Made by a program: the position numbers and the translations under genes
Assembly: GCA_002633005.1 (NCBI GenBank)
Contig: NMRA01000197.1
Location: forward strand, 577,622-641,621
Source of the DNA: Phoronis australis
Taxonomy: Eukaryota; Animalia; Phoronida
DNA: 64,000 nt
Direction of reading: 5' to 3'
Notes under the pieces: generated by a model
What the model saw: only the letters and a program-made list of their open reading frames with translations
Database searches by the model: none
What the model was told of the DNA's origin: nothing
Shown: positions 50,901-63,310 of the stretch, one piece after another
Layout of the letters: every line of letters begins with the position of its first letter
Numbering within the stretch: the stretch's first letter is position 1

Positions 50901-53741
50901 NNNNNNNNNNNNNNNNNNNNNNNNNNNNNNNNNNNNNNNNNNNNNNNNNNNNNNNNNNNNNNNNNNNNNNNNNNNNNNNNNNNNNNNNNNNNNNNNNNNN
51001 NNNNNNNNNNNNNNNNNNNNNNNNNNNNNNNNNNNNNNNNNNNNNNNNNNNNNNNNNNNNNNNNNNNNNNNNNNNNNNNNNNNNNNNNNNNNNNNNNNNN
51101 NNNNNNNNNNNNNNNNNNNNNNNNNNNNNNNNNNNNNNNNNNNNNNNNNNNNNNNNNNNNNNNNNNNNNNNNNNNNNNNNNNNNNNNNNNNNNNNNNNNN
51201 NNNNNNNNNNNNNNNNNNNNNNNNNNNNNNNNNNNNNNNNNNNNNNNNNNNNNNNNNNNNNNNNNNNNNNNNNNNNNNNNNNNNNNNNNNNNNNNNNNNN
51301 NNNNNNNNNNNNNNNNNNNNNNNNNNNNNNNNNNNNNNNNNNNNNNNNNNNNNNNNNNNNNNNNNNNNNAGAGAGAAATTCAAGAGAAAATGTGACAAAT
51401 CAGTATCAGTGCATGGTTTACCCTTTGAGGGCCCTGGCCAGGACACTGTTGTTAGGGTCTCCGTTTTTGTTGCATACATGTAGGTCGTCTAAACGCACTT
51501 GAAAACGTACATTTTATCATTCATACATGTATTTCGAAAAATCGAGTAAATTCGTAAAGCGAAGCTTTTGCGGAGCATATCAATTCACTGGATTTTTAAA
51601 TTCAATAAGGCAGTTTTGCAAATGCAGAAATGCAAAATTATATTTCCCAGAGGCTCTTCTGTAGCAAAGGATAACAAAGACAACTGTCGCTCTATTTTTT
51701 CGTGCTTTTCTTTCTCTAAACTGTGTGATGACTTGAGAAAATTGATGGCCTGGCAGATAACATCAGTTGCTGCGCATTTCCTGACTAGAAAATATAGATC
51801 TTTTCACATTTAGGGGCCCAGCTCTTGAGGAAGACCATTGATGACATTCAAGTGGCCACCCTTTTCATGATTTGATTGGAAAATTTTAAGGGGCCGCTCA
51901 CGAAGAGAGGGTCCAATGTTGGAACAGATCATCTCTATTTTCCTGTTTTTTGTGAAATCGCACAACCGGCTTTCATGCTGAGGAAAGTCACTTCTTGCAA
52001 GGTCACCCGACAATGGAATGAAATTTCACTCTTTTCCAAGCTTAATGATGTGTAGCCTTTCATCTTAGGTGTCCCATTTCAGCCGGAACCCCCTCTTAGA
52101 GGGGCGGTTCGGGTGTTTCTCTAGACATGTAAATCCGACACTGCCAAGTATTCACGAGGGAAGGTTGAGATTCCAAATTCATCAAAAACACAAAACAACC
52201 ATGCACAGCACAGTAGTATTAAAACATTCGACCCAAACAATCAAAAATGTGAAAAGTACAATAGGATTGACCACTATCAAAATGTTAGAACTTTGAAAAA
52301 CATGAAGATCATTATTTGTGAATTACACAAAAATGTTACTTCCGATGATTAGTTACAAATAATGTTATATTTTTCAAATAGTATCACAAGAATAGTATTT
52401 CTTTTAAAGGTCGTTACTATGAACTGTTTGTCATGAATTCACAAATGTCGAAAAGACTAGGGGCTACGATTTGTGATGACCGTGTTCATGTCGAACGGGG
52501 GTACTCAAAATACTCGCAATGATGAACAAATATTTCAGCGGTTTATTTGGAGTTCAAGTTAAACTCGTGAACCCTTATAGGTACCTCGGAAATGATCAAA
52601 AACACACCTTAATATGAATGCCCCATCTCCCATGTTCCCCGTGTTACCCGTCAAAAATCTGCGATCATGCCTGCGGAAATTGATTATAACATTCCGTTTT
52701 GATAATCAAATTCGTTGGTTTCTGATTTACATGTTCATGTAATGATCTACGACAGCTAAATAGATGATTATTGGCAGTTAGAAGCTAATATTTTAAGAAA
52801 TGATTATGTTTCAGTGAATTTAGTTGAAGCCTGAATATGGAAAACTCTGTATTCAGATCCCCAAATAGTAAAGTGCACTTGGACGCTTCTTGCCTATAAC
52901 TCTCAAAGACATTGATGCAATTTGGACATTTCCTATTTAATCAAGGTAAACGTGTTGCTCATGGATTCGATTGTTGGTTCCTGAATTATATGTTTATGAC
53001 ATTGGGAAAATCGATCTATCATCAGATACCCAAATATCAAAGTACACTAAACGATTTGATTTGTCTATCTGAAATAAGTCTCAAAGATATTGATGAATGT
53101 CGGACAGAGTGTTGTAAAATTTTCTTACAATTCAAATGACAATAAATTGTTTATTGAATTAGGAAATAGATTAATGGGCTTAATTTCACAAACCATTGAT
53201 CGAAAAAAGGAAGGAGGTAGGTTGGCGAAGTCGAATCGGTTTGTGCCCACTACCCAGTAATTTTTGTCTTCCTACGGGCCTGATTAACGAGTACAGAGTG
53301 CCGCGAAACGGGTAGAATTTTTACCATATACTGCTTTCTTTCAAACTCTTCCAGACCGAGTAATTATCAACGAATGATGAAAAACAGGTATATCTATTTT
53401 GGAAAAGCCAGTGTCACTAAAATAATAGCGTTTCGTCACCAAGTGCAGTGGAACTGGTTTACTTGTTGTTACTACAAACAACGACACATATTGGGTTACT
53501 GACATTGGCGCTCATAGCAAAGTGCCCCTAGATTGCCACATTTTGACTCCCAGAGGTCGCCAACGATTTCGATTTCGGTGCCCGGACCCGGCCATTACCA
53601 GTTTGGCCACCTTAGTGGTCGTTGATCAATGACGAAAACTTCAGCAACACCCTTTCCGTTTCTCGAACGCGGGTACGCTCACTTTTTGCCGCACTTGTAG
53701 TTTTAGTACTATGAAATAGCATGGATTTTCACTGTTTAACA

Positions 53742-54008
53742 CATGCGCGCACCCAGCCTGAAATATAGGGGGGGGCTCGAATTTTTGAGAATGTGTACTT
53801 TTTACTAAAAAACAACGGGGACTAAAAAAAAAACGGGGACCGCAAAATAAAAGGGGGACTACGTTCAGAGCTATGAATTGTGCATTCGCGCCGAATTTTG
53901 GCCCTTTTAGTGGAATTTTATTACGTTTTCTCGGACTGTTTATTTCTTTGAGGAGGACCTTTTTTGCCCACTTCGCCAAATGGGGGGCGGGGGGGGGGTG
54001 CGTGCATG
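53742..54008 (+). mobile_element. MITE with CATGC..GCATG ends and apparent 5-bp TSD
   Basis: CATGCGCGCACCC..GGGTGCGTGCATG; flanks TAACA/AAACA; related copies at 56821-57045 and 11920-12150. Confidence 0.7.
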
Positions 54009-55574
54009 AAACACTTTGCGTATTAGCACGCCACAAGGACATGGTGTACGCGATGTGCCACTCGACCGAGAAGATATTTTTCAAGGAAATTTTCCCCCAC
54101 AAACTGGTGTTTGGGACTTAATTTCATACGACAAAACTGGTGGTTAGAAACTTTCCAGGGAACAGCGTGTTCTGAAAATCTACACCCATGACCTCTAATA
54201 TTCTGGCGCAATTCTTGGCACTAGTCGTATATAACGTGTCCACATTCTGAGAACCAGTTTGATACCTGTTTCAGTGGAGAAAACTGGTTCTCAAAATTCG
54301 GGCACGTCATAACCGGCAATTACCAAATTCTTGATACAGCAGCGAACAACTAAGGACGATCACACACACACATGTAGGCTACTGGAATATCGGTACTTTT
54401 TAAAAACTGTTTATTTCTAAATAAGGAACAATACAACGTTGAAAACAAAAAGAACACAGAAACACATTCAGACACAAATTCACATTTTGTCAGCACTTTC
54501 ATTGATAGAAAATGAACGAGTACAGACAAGTCATTGAAAGCTACTCACAAGCGCCATCCGCGTGCCGCTGACGCAAAGTAGTAAAAATTCCTTTGCATAA
54601 AAAATCTGAACAAGTCAAAACTTATGAAAGCCATCTCATGATACAGAAATTTGATAAAACATTGAATGTTCCAAATGTTTTTTTACCTAAGTAAGGCTTA
54701 ATTTAACAAATGTAGCGGTCTAGTACTGTTACTGCAGACGAATTTGTGAATGAATTTGCCGTTGGTAATTGGTCGCGAACCATACCCATTAGACCATTGG
54801 TTGAGTTTTGCACCCATTTTTATGTTTACAGTTGGAACACCTTAACCGCCTTACAGGGATCAAATTGACATTAACTTTGCCCGGTTATTTCTAAATCACT
54901 TTTGTCATTACAGTGGTTTAATCATGACATTATTCCATGCTTAGTCTGAACAGGCAATACAAGATTTCACAAATGTGGGTGCTTGATGGACATTTTAAGA
55001 CAGATGAAAATTTTGGGTTGTAAAAAGTCCCTCCGAGCATCCACATGCACTAAAGTCAAACATTAGAAAGAAAAGATGTGCACCTGCCATACGAGATCAG
55101 GACAGAATGAATTTAAGACAGCCACGTAACTGCTTGCTAATGTCTTAACAAAGAATTACTGTACTTGAGGACAATTGGGAAACTAATTCCTGGAGAAAAA
55201 AGGAACCATCAAAAGACCGTACTATAACGAGCTGCAGGTTGCATTTGCAACATGAAATTTGGCAAATGCAAGCTAAGACAACGACTTGGGAATTTTAACT
55301 CGTGCGAGTTTAGTCACATTGCTCGAAAACGTACCAATGTTTCTAGCAGAATGGGAAAACACAGGTGCCACAACACCTGGCAATCCCTTGCCCTAAGAAC
55401 GTTTGTTTTCTTGTTTTACTCATCAGGTTGTGTGGCCTGGGATCTGTATGTGCAAGCTGAGTTTCAGAATCGAGAGCTGGAATTTTTACCAGGTAGCAAA
55501 CGGTGGTCCCATACTGTCGAGAGTTGACCATCAGTATGTGAAATTCTATAAACAACTAAATGTCTATGCTCAAA

Positions 55575-55726
55575 CTATCGCCGTAAAGCCTGCCCGTCTA
55601 TGTGTAGTTTGTGCACTGAAACAAAGTGATCATGTCCTGACTGAATGACAAATTTCATATGTTGGGCTGTTGTCTGTTGATATGTCAGCTCTTCAGACTG
55701 CAACTGTCCATCAGTGGCTTCAAGTT
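55575..55726 (-). CDS. HSPB11: HSPB11/IFT25 coding exon 4 (terminal)
   Basis: acceptor tattgcag|; ELEATDGQLQSEELTYQQTTAQHMKFVIQSGHDHFVSVHKLHIDGQALRR then TAG; the four exons total 420 nt = 139 aa + stop. Confidence 0.93.
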
Positions 55727-56820
55727 CTGCAATACAGACAGTAAACTTTCTTATTTAAAGTTGTATACAGGCATAGGAAGGTTTTTCTTAGTAGAGGTCG
55801 GGTGAAAACAAAAATGAGTGCACTGCTCTCCCTGGTTGACACCAGCTTCAGCTCTCCTGTGATGCTGTCAGCAGTTTCGCCTCCATCCCTCCAACTGGTC
55901 ACCACCAGTTTCACATCTCAGTCAATACAAATTTCGTCTCTGTCACTCACTCTTGATATACCAGGCCATATCAGTTACACCTTATAAGTTTCACCCCGGA
56001 TTAAGTACAATCAAGGAAAACTAGAGGCTTCAACTTGCATCATTTCATAATCCTCGCTACTAAGCACACACCACTAGATGTCACCACTTAGTAAAAACTA
56101 TTTATATACCTGAGCTATGTAAACATATTACGACTTTGAGGTAGTTTAAAATGTTGGATATTTCAGAGATGACATCATGAAAAGAGTCCAAGGCAACTCG
56201 GCCAGTTTGCATACCGCTGAATCTGACACAAAGATCAAAGACACCATGCAACTGTAGGCAATTGCAACCCTTCTGGATATTATCAGTCACTTGATAATTA
56301 GAACAATCATAAACACAGGAGGGGTGATAAAGGTATTTTTTTACAGTTTGGTTTTCACAGTTTTTAAATATCTTAGTCAAATAGTTTGTAAAATGTGCAC
56401 ATGGTTACGTTTTTGAATTTTTAAAAATCGGATAAGAGACGTGACTTTTACAACCTAAAACGTTTGTACAATGTTGCCATATTATGTTCCTCATTAATTC
56501 TGCTGGGTGTGCAACATGATTGGACCAATTACCAAACCACCAGGCAGCAGTTGGATTTTGAGGTAAGCCAAGTGTCTTCATACAACTCTTGGCATGATTG
56601 CTTTCATAAGAAGCTAATTTCTTAAAAATTGAAATCAAGAACATTCATATCTTGGTGAACTGGGAGAGAGGGCAGACCTTGGCACTTTGCAATGGACAGG
56701 GGAATCAAATGAAATGTACTGAATGTTGAAAAGAGGGCCACGGCCCCATAGTCCCCACATGTCTACGCTAGTGTAACTTCTATTTGAAATCAAGCAATAA
56801 CATTGGGATTGGTATCTTCA

Positions 56821-57045
56821 CATGCACGCACCCAGGGGGACCTAAGGGCACTCAAATGAGCCAGCCCCATTTGGCAACGTGGGCAAAAAGGTCTGCCTCA
56901 GAGAAACAAAACGATCGAGAAAATCAGACAAAAGTCCACAAAGAAGGTGTGAATGCACAATTCACAGCTCTGAACATGGTACCCAGTTCTTTTATTATTT
57001 ATTCCCCCGTTATTTTGTTAGTAAAAAGTGCTGGATGTGCGCATG
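56821..57045 (-). mobile_element. MITE, same family as 53742-54008, in HSPB11 intron 3
   Basis: CATGCACGCACCC..GATGTGCGCATG with perfect CTTCA direct repeats on both sides. Confidence 0.75.
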
Positions 57046-57402
57046 CTTCACACACTGCAAATTCTACAATTTTATTTTGAGAATGTAAAGCCATTGATAA
57101 AGGCTTAGACATACCGGAAATAGCTAATGGTTGATGTGTTTGTATTTGGACATTAGGAGACTCACTTTCACAGTGTGTAAGAGAATATTATTTTAGCTTT
57201 GTTAACATTTTATGAGTACTTGATTTAACCATGCCCAAGACAGAGAATGAAAGCCCTTTTTTGCATAAATAATACTGACTTGCACCCCTCGTAAATTTCT
57301 GGTATAGAAAAGTTATCTATGGATGCTCAGAAATTATGCATGACCTTCCTAGTAATTGTTGCATGTATTTTTGAAATGCGTTTGCTTTTTCTTGACACTT
57401 AC

Positions 57403-57471
57403 CCAACTCTTGAAGTGGTTCGAAGTCTGTGGGTTCATTTGAAACACTGCGTTCAATGCACAACTTTTTAA
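57403..57471 (-). CDS. HSPB11: HSPB11/IFT25 coding exon 3
   Basis: acceptor tatttcag|; IKKLCIERSVSNEPTDFEPLQEL (IExSxSxEPxDFE motif); donor G|GTAAGT; 69 nt, phase 1-1. Confidence 0.92.
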
Positions 57472-57948
57472 CTGAAATACAAGAATTAGAAGCATATCAA
57501 ACCAGTTTCTTCATAACAAGACATTGGCTGCAAAAGTACACTTAAGGAGAACACTTGTTACAGATTCCATGCCAAACATTACCAAGCCAGACAATATTAC
57601 AAGGCAATTCCTATAAAATACTAGTTTTCAAAAATACTTCACAAAGGTGCAACTAACATTATGTACCAGGATTTGTTTAAATCTGGCACAACTTCATCGA
57701 AGACTAAAAACACTTGTACATCATTATCTCAGTGGAATTATGTTCATTTATTGCATCAGTATAGTTATGAAACGTACTAATGGAAGCTTGTATTTGTACC
57801 AATAGATGCCCTTGACTCACGCTCTTCGTCAAATATGGGACATTCTGATGCCGTTGCGGGAAGCAGGAAAAGTGGAACAGCAATGCCAAAAAAACTGGAA
57901 AACTGGCAACTATGAATATGTAGTTCTTTACTAGTAAGATCCACTTAC

Positions 57949-58055
57949 TGTTGTATGAATTTAATCTGATTGTGTTGATGTCCATGACAGATGCAAACGA
58001 GATGACAAACTCCTGAGGATAAAGCCCTGTGCTACACCAAAAGGTCTCCTGCTGG
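57949..58055 (-). CDS. HSPB11: HSPB11/IFT25 coding exon 2
   Basis: acceptor ttgttctag|; QQETFWCSTGLYPQEFVISFASVMDINTIRLNSYN (ETFWxxTGxxPQEF motif); donor A|GTAAGT; phases join exons 1 and 3. Confidence 0.94.
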
Positions 58056-58134
58056 CTAGAACAAGAAAGCAGCAACAATCAACATAGTGCAGAAAAATAA
58101 TACATCAATTACTGGACTTACGGTCGTATAGAGA

Positions 58135-58430
58135 TGGCTATGTTACGTCCTCCTCTCAAGGACTTCATCACGCCACTGAGGTGTCACGTGACTCTTCATG
58201 TGATCCATGGCACAGTTTGCGCGGGATACTATTCAGTGCCCTATCCCACGTCATTGGCAACAGAAACCTCAAGCCCCCCCTGTCTGTTTAGGCTAGGATT
58301 CTCAACTCTTTCATAAATAGCTTCCTTGACACCTCTCCTGAACCAGTTTTCCTCTCTATCTAGAATCATGACATCTTCCAGGGAGGAGTGGTCTGTGGCG
58401 GCTATATGACTAAAAACCGCAGAATCATAG
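58135..58430 (-). mobile_element. Penelope-like element 3' fragment (GIY-YIG C-terminus + hammerhead motif) in HSPB11 intron 1
   Basis: SAVFSHIAATDHS...ILDREENWFRRGVKEAIYERVENPSLNRQGG is the typical PLE endonuclease tail; degenerate hammerhead downstream at 58135-58175. Confidence 0.85.
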
Positions 58431-58532
58431 CAGTCCCCATAACTGGGCTCCCTCTTGAACTGGGACCGAGGTCTCCACTTATCTCCCATGTATTCAAACA
58501 TTCTTAACCAGCGAAAGGCGGGAAATCCCTCA

Positions 58533-58575
58533 TTCACTGATAAAGACCTGGCGGACCAGGTCGAAACGTCTGCAA
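58533..58575 (+). ncRNA. Minimal hammerhead ribozyme-like motif (PLE type), variant core
   Basis: CTGATAA-A-GACCTGG-cgga-CCAGGTC-GAAACGTC; perfect 7-bp stem II, core has A in place of G8. Confidence 0.6.
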
Positions 58576-58696
58576 CCAACCTACCACGTCTCTAAGTAAG
58601 TGAACATCTTATACTGCAATGCCTCTAGAGACCAATGACCAACCTATTCTCCAGAATCAACACAGTGATCATCAGGATAGGATATGCGATTGTTAC

Positions 58697-58805
58697 CAGA
58701 GGCGGATCCAGGATTTTGAGTTGGGNNNNNNNNNNNNNCCGAAGTGCCAAATGGAATCTGGGAGAATTTTAGGGGGGGCATGGCCCCCCTCTAAATCCGC
58801 CACTT
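58697..58805. mobile_element. Short CAGNGGCGGAT..ATCCGCCACTG MITE family
   Basis: TIR-like ends; related ends near 230-243, 9800-9882 and 12190-12244. Confidence 0.65.
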
Positions 58806-59125
58806 GTTACTTTAAAGCAACTATACATCAAAGTTTCATTCCAGAATCAAACTTTAGCGAACAAACTGCTAGAAAATTGCTTTCATCTCATTCCTTACTC
58901 CGAGGAGAATTGATTTCTTTGGTTGAAAAGAGCTGACAGTTTGTCATTCATTCAGACCATGCACGGCACGTCACATGACATGCCGTGACAAGCTAATTAT
59001 CTTGTAGAGCCTGGTGTCAAGCAATAACGAACTGTCAGTGTCACTGTCACTGTCAGTTTGTTTGAAGCCCTGGCTAAAAAAAACATTCAATCCCAGTTTC
59101 TGCTTTCAATTCAATCCACACATAC

Positions 59126-59217
59126 CCGTCTATAATATTATCCGCTGGATATTTCTCGTCACTAGACGTAACTTTAACAATCTGAGCGCCTGCACTGCTG
59201 AGAGCAACGTCAAACAT
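59126..59217 (-). CDS. HSPB11: HSPB11/IFT25 coding exon 1
   Basis: ATG at 59217; MFDVALSSAGAQIVKVTSSDEKYPADNIIDG matches the IFT25 N-terminus (TSSDEKHPPENIIDG in human); donor GG|GTATGT, phase 2. Confidence 0.93.
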
Positions 59218-60213
59218 TGTAATTGTCACGGTGCTGGAGCTCAAATCAACGTCGCCAAAGACGCTTCCTGCAAAAATGTTGTGAATTCTCACCGGAAATC
59301 ACGGGCGCGATAACTGAAACGCACCAATCGTATGTTGCGAAATCGTCAGTGCGGGAAACATAAAGGACAAATGTCTGATAGGTTTGTCGTTCGGTACTCT
59401 GTCTGGAGATTGCTTCTCCTTGTGAAATATCAAGAATGGGCGAAGAGGGAATTTAGTGCAGTAGTTTACTCTCGGACAGTTACTGTGAAATAGAGTATTG
59501 CGTGAGTGATATCTGATGGCAATTATGACTACTATTTGCAGGCTGTTGATGTCTTAAACTTTTCTCAGCTCGAACAAATACCCCAATCTGCCCAATCAAG
59601 CTTTTTTTTCGAACAGACATTCTTTCAGTAGGCAGCACGTTGCCCCTCGGTTGGCCTGTAATCTGTGTGCCTGCGGCATCCAGGGCGCTTTCAGGTCGGG
59701 CCAACAGAGCCGATGGTCATTGCCTAATCCTCAAGTTAAATGTGTTGTAGATGTGCTTCCGGTGAATTATATGAGCCTCTGTTAGCTACTCGCTAACGGG
59801 CAATTGCCTATTAGCTGAATGGTTAGCACGCTTGCCGGTTTTATGGGGATCGCGGGTTCGATCCCCGGGTCGGGTAATCTCGGCTATTACTACAAATGAA
59901 TGCGATTTAAATTAAATATTTCAATTATACACATAGTGTACCTGATTTAGTAATTATCGGACCGAACCTAAATATCGGACATTTCTAGATGTAAAGGGCG
60001 CAGTTGTGAGTCACAGTTCCCCCAGTCAACCAGAGTACAGCTAATTATTTTGCTTCAATTCACATCAGGTGTCTTTAAAAGAATGTTCACCTAAAAATCA
60101 CAACACCACAGCCCTAATTCCGTAAAAACAGGCTTGACTTAATTATTTTTTTGGCCTTATATCTTTCATAGATACTGACTACCGGTAATACTAATACATT
60201 TTCTTGCTTGCAG
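59218..60213. promoter_or_regulatory. Bidirectional promoter / 5' UTR region shared by HSPB11 and LRRC42
   Basis: divergent ATGs ~1 kb apart; ETS-like CCGGAAAT near 59292 and CCAAT near 59324; the acceptor just before the LRRC42 ATG implies an upstream non-coding exon here. Confidence 0.6.
59807..59876 (+). mobile_element. tRNA-derived SINE head
   Basis: TAGCTGAATGG A box, GGTTCGATCCCC B box; acceptor stem not intact. Confidence 0.6.
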
Positions 60214-60218
60214 TTGCC

Positions 60219-60664
60219 ATGGACATTTCAACTGGTATCGTCTCAACCACCAAGAAAAGGAAAACGGATGCTTTTAAAGGAGGATGCGTGGACTTAGTGA
60301 CCAATGAAAATTTTGAACCAAAAACACTGTTTGACACATGCATAGAGTTCATAGGGCAGAATCTTCAACATGCCGAATCTTTGGTTGGTTTCCCAGACTT
60401 AATTGGTCGCAAAATATTCCGTTGTGCAGAAGAACACGATTGCTTGAAGTTGGATAGTAAACATTCTCTCAAGATTATAACACTGTTTCATAATTCCTAC
60501 AAGCAAGATATTTTGAAGTCTCTTAACCTGAGGGGATGTCACATGGCCTTGGGCTTGTATCAAGATCAATTTGAGATTTTCACTGACCTAACTCAGCTTG
60601 ATCTTGGTTTGTGTAGTCTTGGAGATGATCACGACTTCCTACAGTGTGTTGCACGTCTAGAAAG
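60219..60664 (+). CDS. LRRC42: LRRC42-like leucine-rich repeat protein, first coding exon
   Basis: acceptor ttgcag| at 60213, ATG 60219; PKTLFDTCIEFIGQNLQHAESLVGFPDLIGRKIF and LRR-type LTQLDLGLCSLGDDHDFL resemble LRRC42; donor AG|GTATGG. Confidence 0.85.
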
Positions 60665-61652
60665 GTATGGAATGGGTTTTTGTTGTGCTCCAAGGGTGTG
60701 CACCATATCATTTTAAAAGACATTTTCTACATGACTTTAAACAGCATATGTGGAACGCTAGGAATATATGATTTGGCGGAATGTCGTAGCTCAGAAATGA
60801 CTGATCAGAATCATGTGAAACTATCACACCGTATGTTTTGTGTAATTTTCTGCAAATTGTTTTTAAGAAATGTTTTTGAAATTTCCCACTTTTGCATGAG
60901 AGGCTATCAAAATTTTTTTATGATTTTCATGAAAATGAAAAGAAAAATGAAATATTTTAGAAAACTGTAACATCGTTGATTACTTTTGTCTTGTACTGCA
61001 CATGGTACATGTAAATTGTGACTCACTTTGTTCTAGTGCAGTGCCTTCTTAACTGTTTTCTTAAACTCCAAGAATTTGAAATGGGGCACGACAATTTTGT
61101 TGCGTCCATCGTCTGGACCCAAGGGTTGGGAAATGTAGAGCCAATACTACCTGTGTAACTGTATTAAGAATTGCTTCAAATCAATTGTTTTTGGCGAAGT
61201 ATCCGGTGAGAACCCAGACAAGTAAATAGCTGATATTCTTAGTTGCAGTCTTTGTATTCATCTCTGGTGACACTGCTATGTGCAAGCCTAAAGTAATCAG
61301 ACAAAATGATCCAGAATTCCCTGTCATGATGGCTGGGCAGAAACCAAGTTCCTCATCAGAATAGTCCCACATGAGCAAGACTGATGAGGAATTAATGAGA
61401 AATCTACTATCTACTATGGCTAAGTCATTCTGTAATTAGAATTTTGTCTCCTTAATAGTTACTACCAGGAATTTTGCTGTTAACAGAATTAGCCCTCACG
61501 ACGGGAAAAACGGTATTTTGTCTGATTACTTTTGTCTTGCACTGTGTGTTAACAGTGGAAGTGTAAACTGCTCAGAACCCTCAAACATTTTTTGTTTCTG
61601 CAAGCAGTGAGTTGCAGTCAACCATTGTCAAATGCTTGATGTCTTATTGCAG

Positions 61653-61771
61653 ATTAGAAGCACTCCATCTGGACGGCAACTTCCTCTCTGACAATGGTGT
61701 TCAGAAGATGACGTTCTCAATGAATATCAAAAAGAGAGGTCCTTTCAACTTGAAAGTTTTAAATCTTGCCT
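61653..61771 (+). CDS. LRRC42: LRRC42 coding exon 2
   Basis: ttattgcag|; LEALHLDGNFLSDNGVQKMTFSMNIKKRGPFNLKVLNLA; donor T|GTAGGT; phase-compatible. Confidence 0.87.
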
Positions 61772-62412
61772 GTAGGTACTAAAGACTTCTTGAAACTATG
61801 GTAAAAGTTGTCCAGTTCGATTAGTTTCTGAAATTTGGGACACAGCAATTAAAGCTGAATAATTGGGACATGCCGGGTGATGTTGACGTTCATTGTACAT
61901 CTCAAAGTATTGCCTATTTACAAGCTCTGACCTTGGAGGGAAATGATAAAATTTTCATTGTCCCACGCTGCAGAATTTTAACTGTATATATCTGTATTAG
62001 GGTAGTTCTCACTAAAGCTTATCACTTGCAAGTGGTTAGAATCTCGCCAATTTAGGACAGAGTATGATTTTATGATTAATGATTAGCACCAAATTGATGT
62101 TAAGATGTCTGAGACTGAATGAAATTAAGTCTTGCTCCTGTTTACTCGGTTCATCTCGCCATCCCAGAATTAGAAATTGGGTCAAGTGAAAGATGATTTG
62201 TGCTCTCACAAAGCTAAAGAGTAGTGCTACAAAATGTTTCCTGAACATTACTCTTGTATTCCTGATTTAATTTTCTTCATATGCTGTGTGTTTGTTTGTG
62301 TGTGTGCATTCATGCTTGTCTGTGTGTGCGTGCGTGCTTGTCTGTGTGTGCATGCGTGCTTGTCTGTATGTGCGTGCATGTGTGTGTGCATTTAAACTTT
62401 CTTTCTATTTAG

Positions 62413-62501
62413 GTAACAGAGGGATTACGTCAAAGTCAGTGCAATATTTACTCCGGTTTAAGCGTTTACAGTTACTGGATCTTAGTGGAACAGATATTAA
62501 G
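62413..62501 (+). CDS. LRRC42: LRRC42 coding exon 3
   Basis: ctatttag|; CNRGITSKSVQYLLRFKRLQLLDLSGTDIK (LRR); donor AAG|GTAAAG. Confidence 0.87.
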
Positions 62502-62977
62502 GTAAAGTTCTATAGCACTGCAGAAATTACTTTGGACCCAAGACAACCTGCCTGTACCTTACAGAGACAATTCAAAAATTTATCACATGTTAGACATTTT
62601 GGTTGACTTGACCCCTGCTGTGTGGCTACAGGCACCACACATATAAAGGTTCAACTTTTACTCATTTCAAAATGTTTCGTGTAACCCACGACTGTATGAT
62701 TGTTTATCAACTATTTTCGATATTTCTCAAAGTCTGTGAAGAGTCTTAGTCTGTGGAGAACACAACACTTTCGAGAGGCATTGAGAAAAGTCAGCTGAAG
62801 TTGATAAGTAATCAGTATTATAGTCATGTGTTCAGTTAATCATGTAGGAAATTGAATTTAGTGTCAAATTGCATGCGTTTGGAAATTGATACGTCTAAGC
62901 TATCTCTGTACATTGAAATGGGAATTTTAACGGAAGGAAGGTTTGACGCTTTGTTTCTATTTTTTCTGCAAAATCAG

Positions 62978-63140
62978 GATGATGGTGTATCTCAGTTGAA
63001 GAGCGAAGGTTTCAGGAGTTCGTCGACTCTTTGTCCCGTTGTTGAGACATCAGGTTGGGCAGCAACCATTGTTGAGAGCTGGAAGCGTGCGTCGGAGACT
63101 ACATGTCAGCCTAAACAAAGACTATCAAAGTCTGGATTCT
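62978..63140 (+). CDS. LRRC42: LRRC42 coding exon 4 (gene continues beyond the window)
   Basis: aaatcag|; DDGVSQLKSEGF...VETSGWAATIVESWKR (TxGWAxxxVxxW motif); donor T|GTAAGA; no stop reached. Confidence 0.8.
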
Positions 63141-63310
63141 GTAAGACAATACATATTGTGTTATGATAGAATGTCACAAATTTAGGATGCAATATATAAA
63201 AAAAATTTCAGTGCAGGTGGTCTGATGTCATTTGCGGTGCATCAGACGTGCGCAGGCCTCATGGTTGGGCCCATTGCACAAAACACCTGAGCAAAGGCAC
63301 GAGACCCCAA

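Noticed and set aside
49448-52170. ~800-bp direct repeats resembling LTRs around a gap
   Set aside because: Second copy starts exactly at the gap edge; no TG..CA ends, PBS or PPT seen; likely haplotype duplication
60213-60226. RFX X-box (GTTGCCATGGACAT) for the ciliary gene
   Set aside because: Only one good half-site; overlaps the LRRC42 acceptor and ATG, ~1 kb from HSPB11
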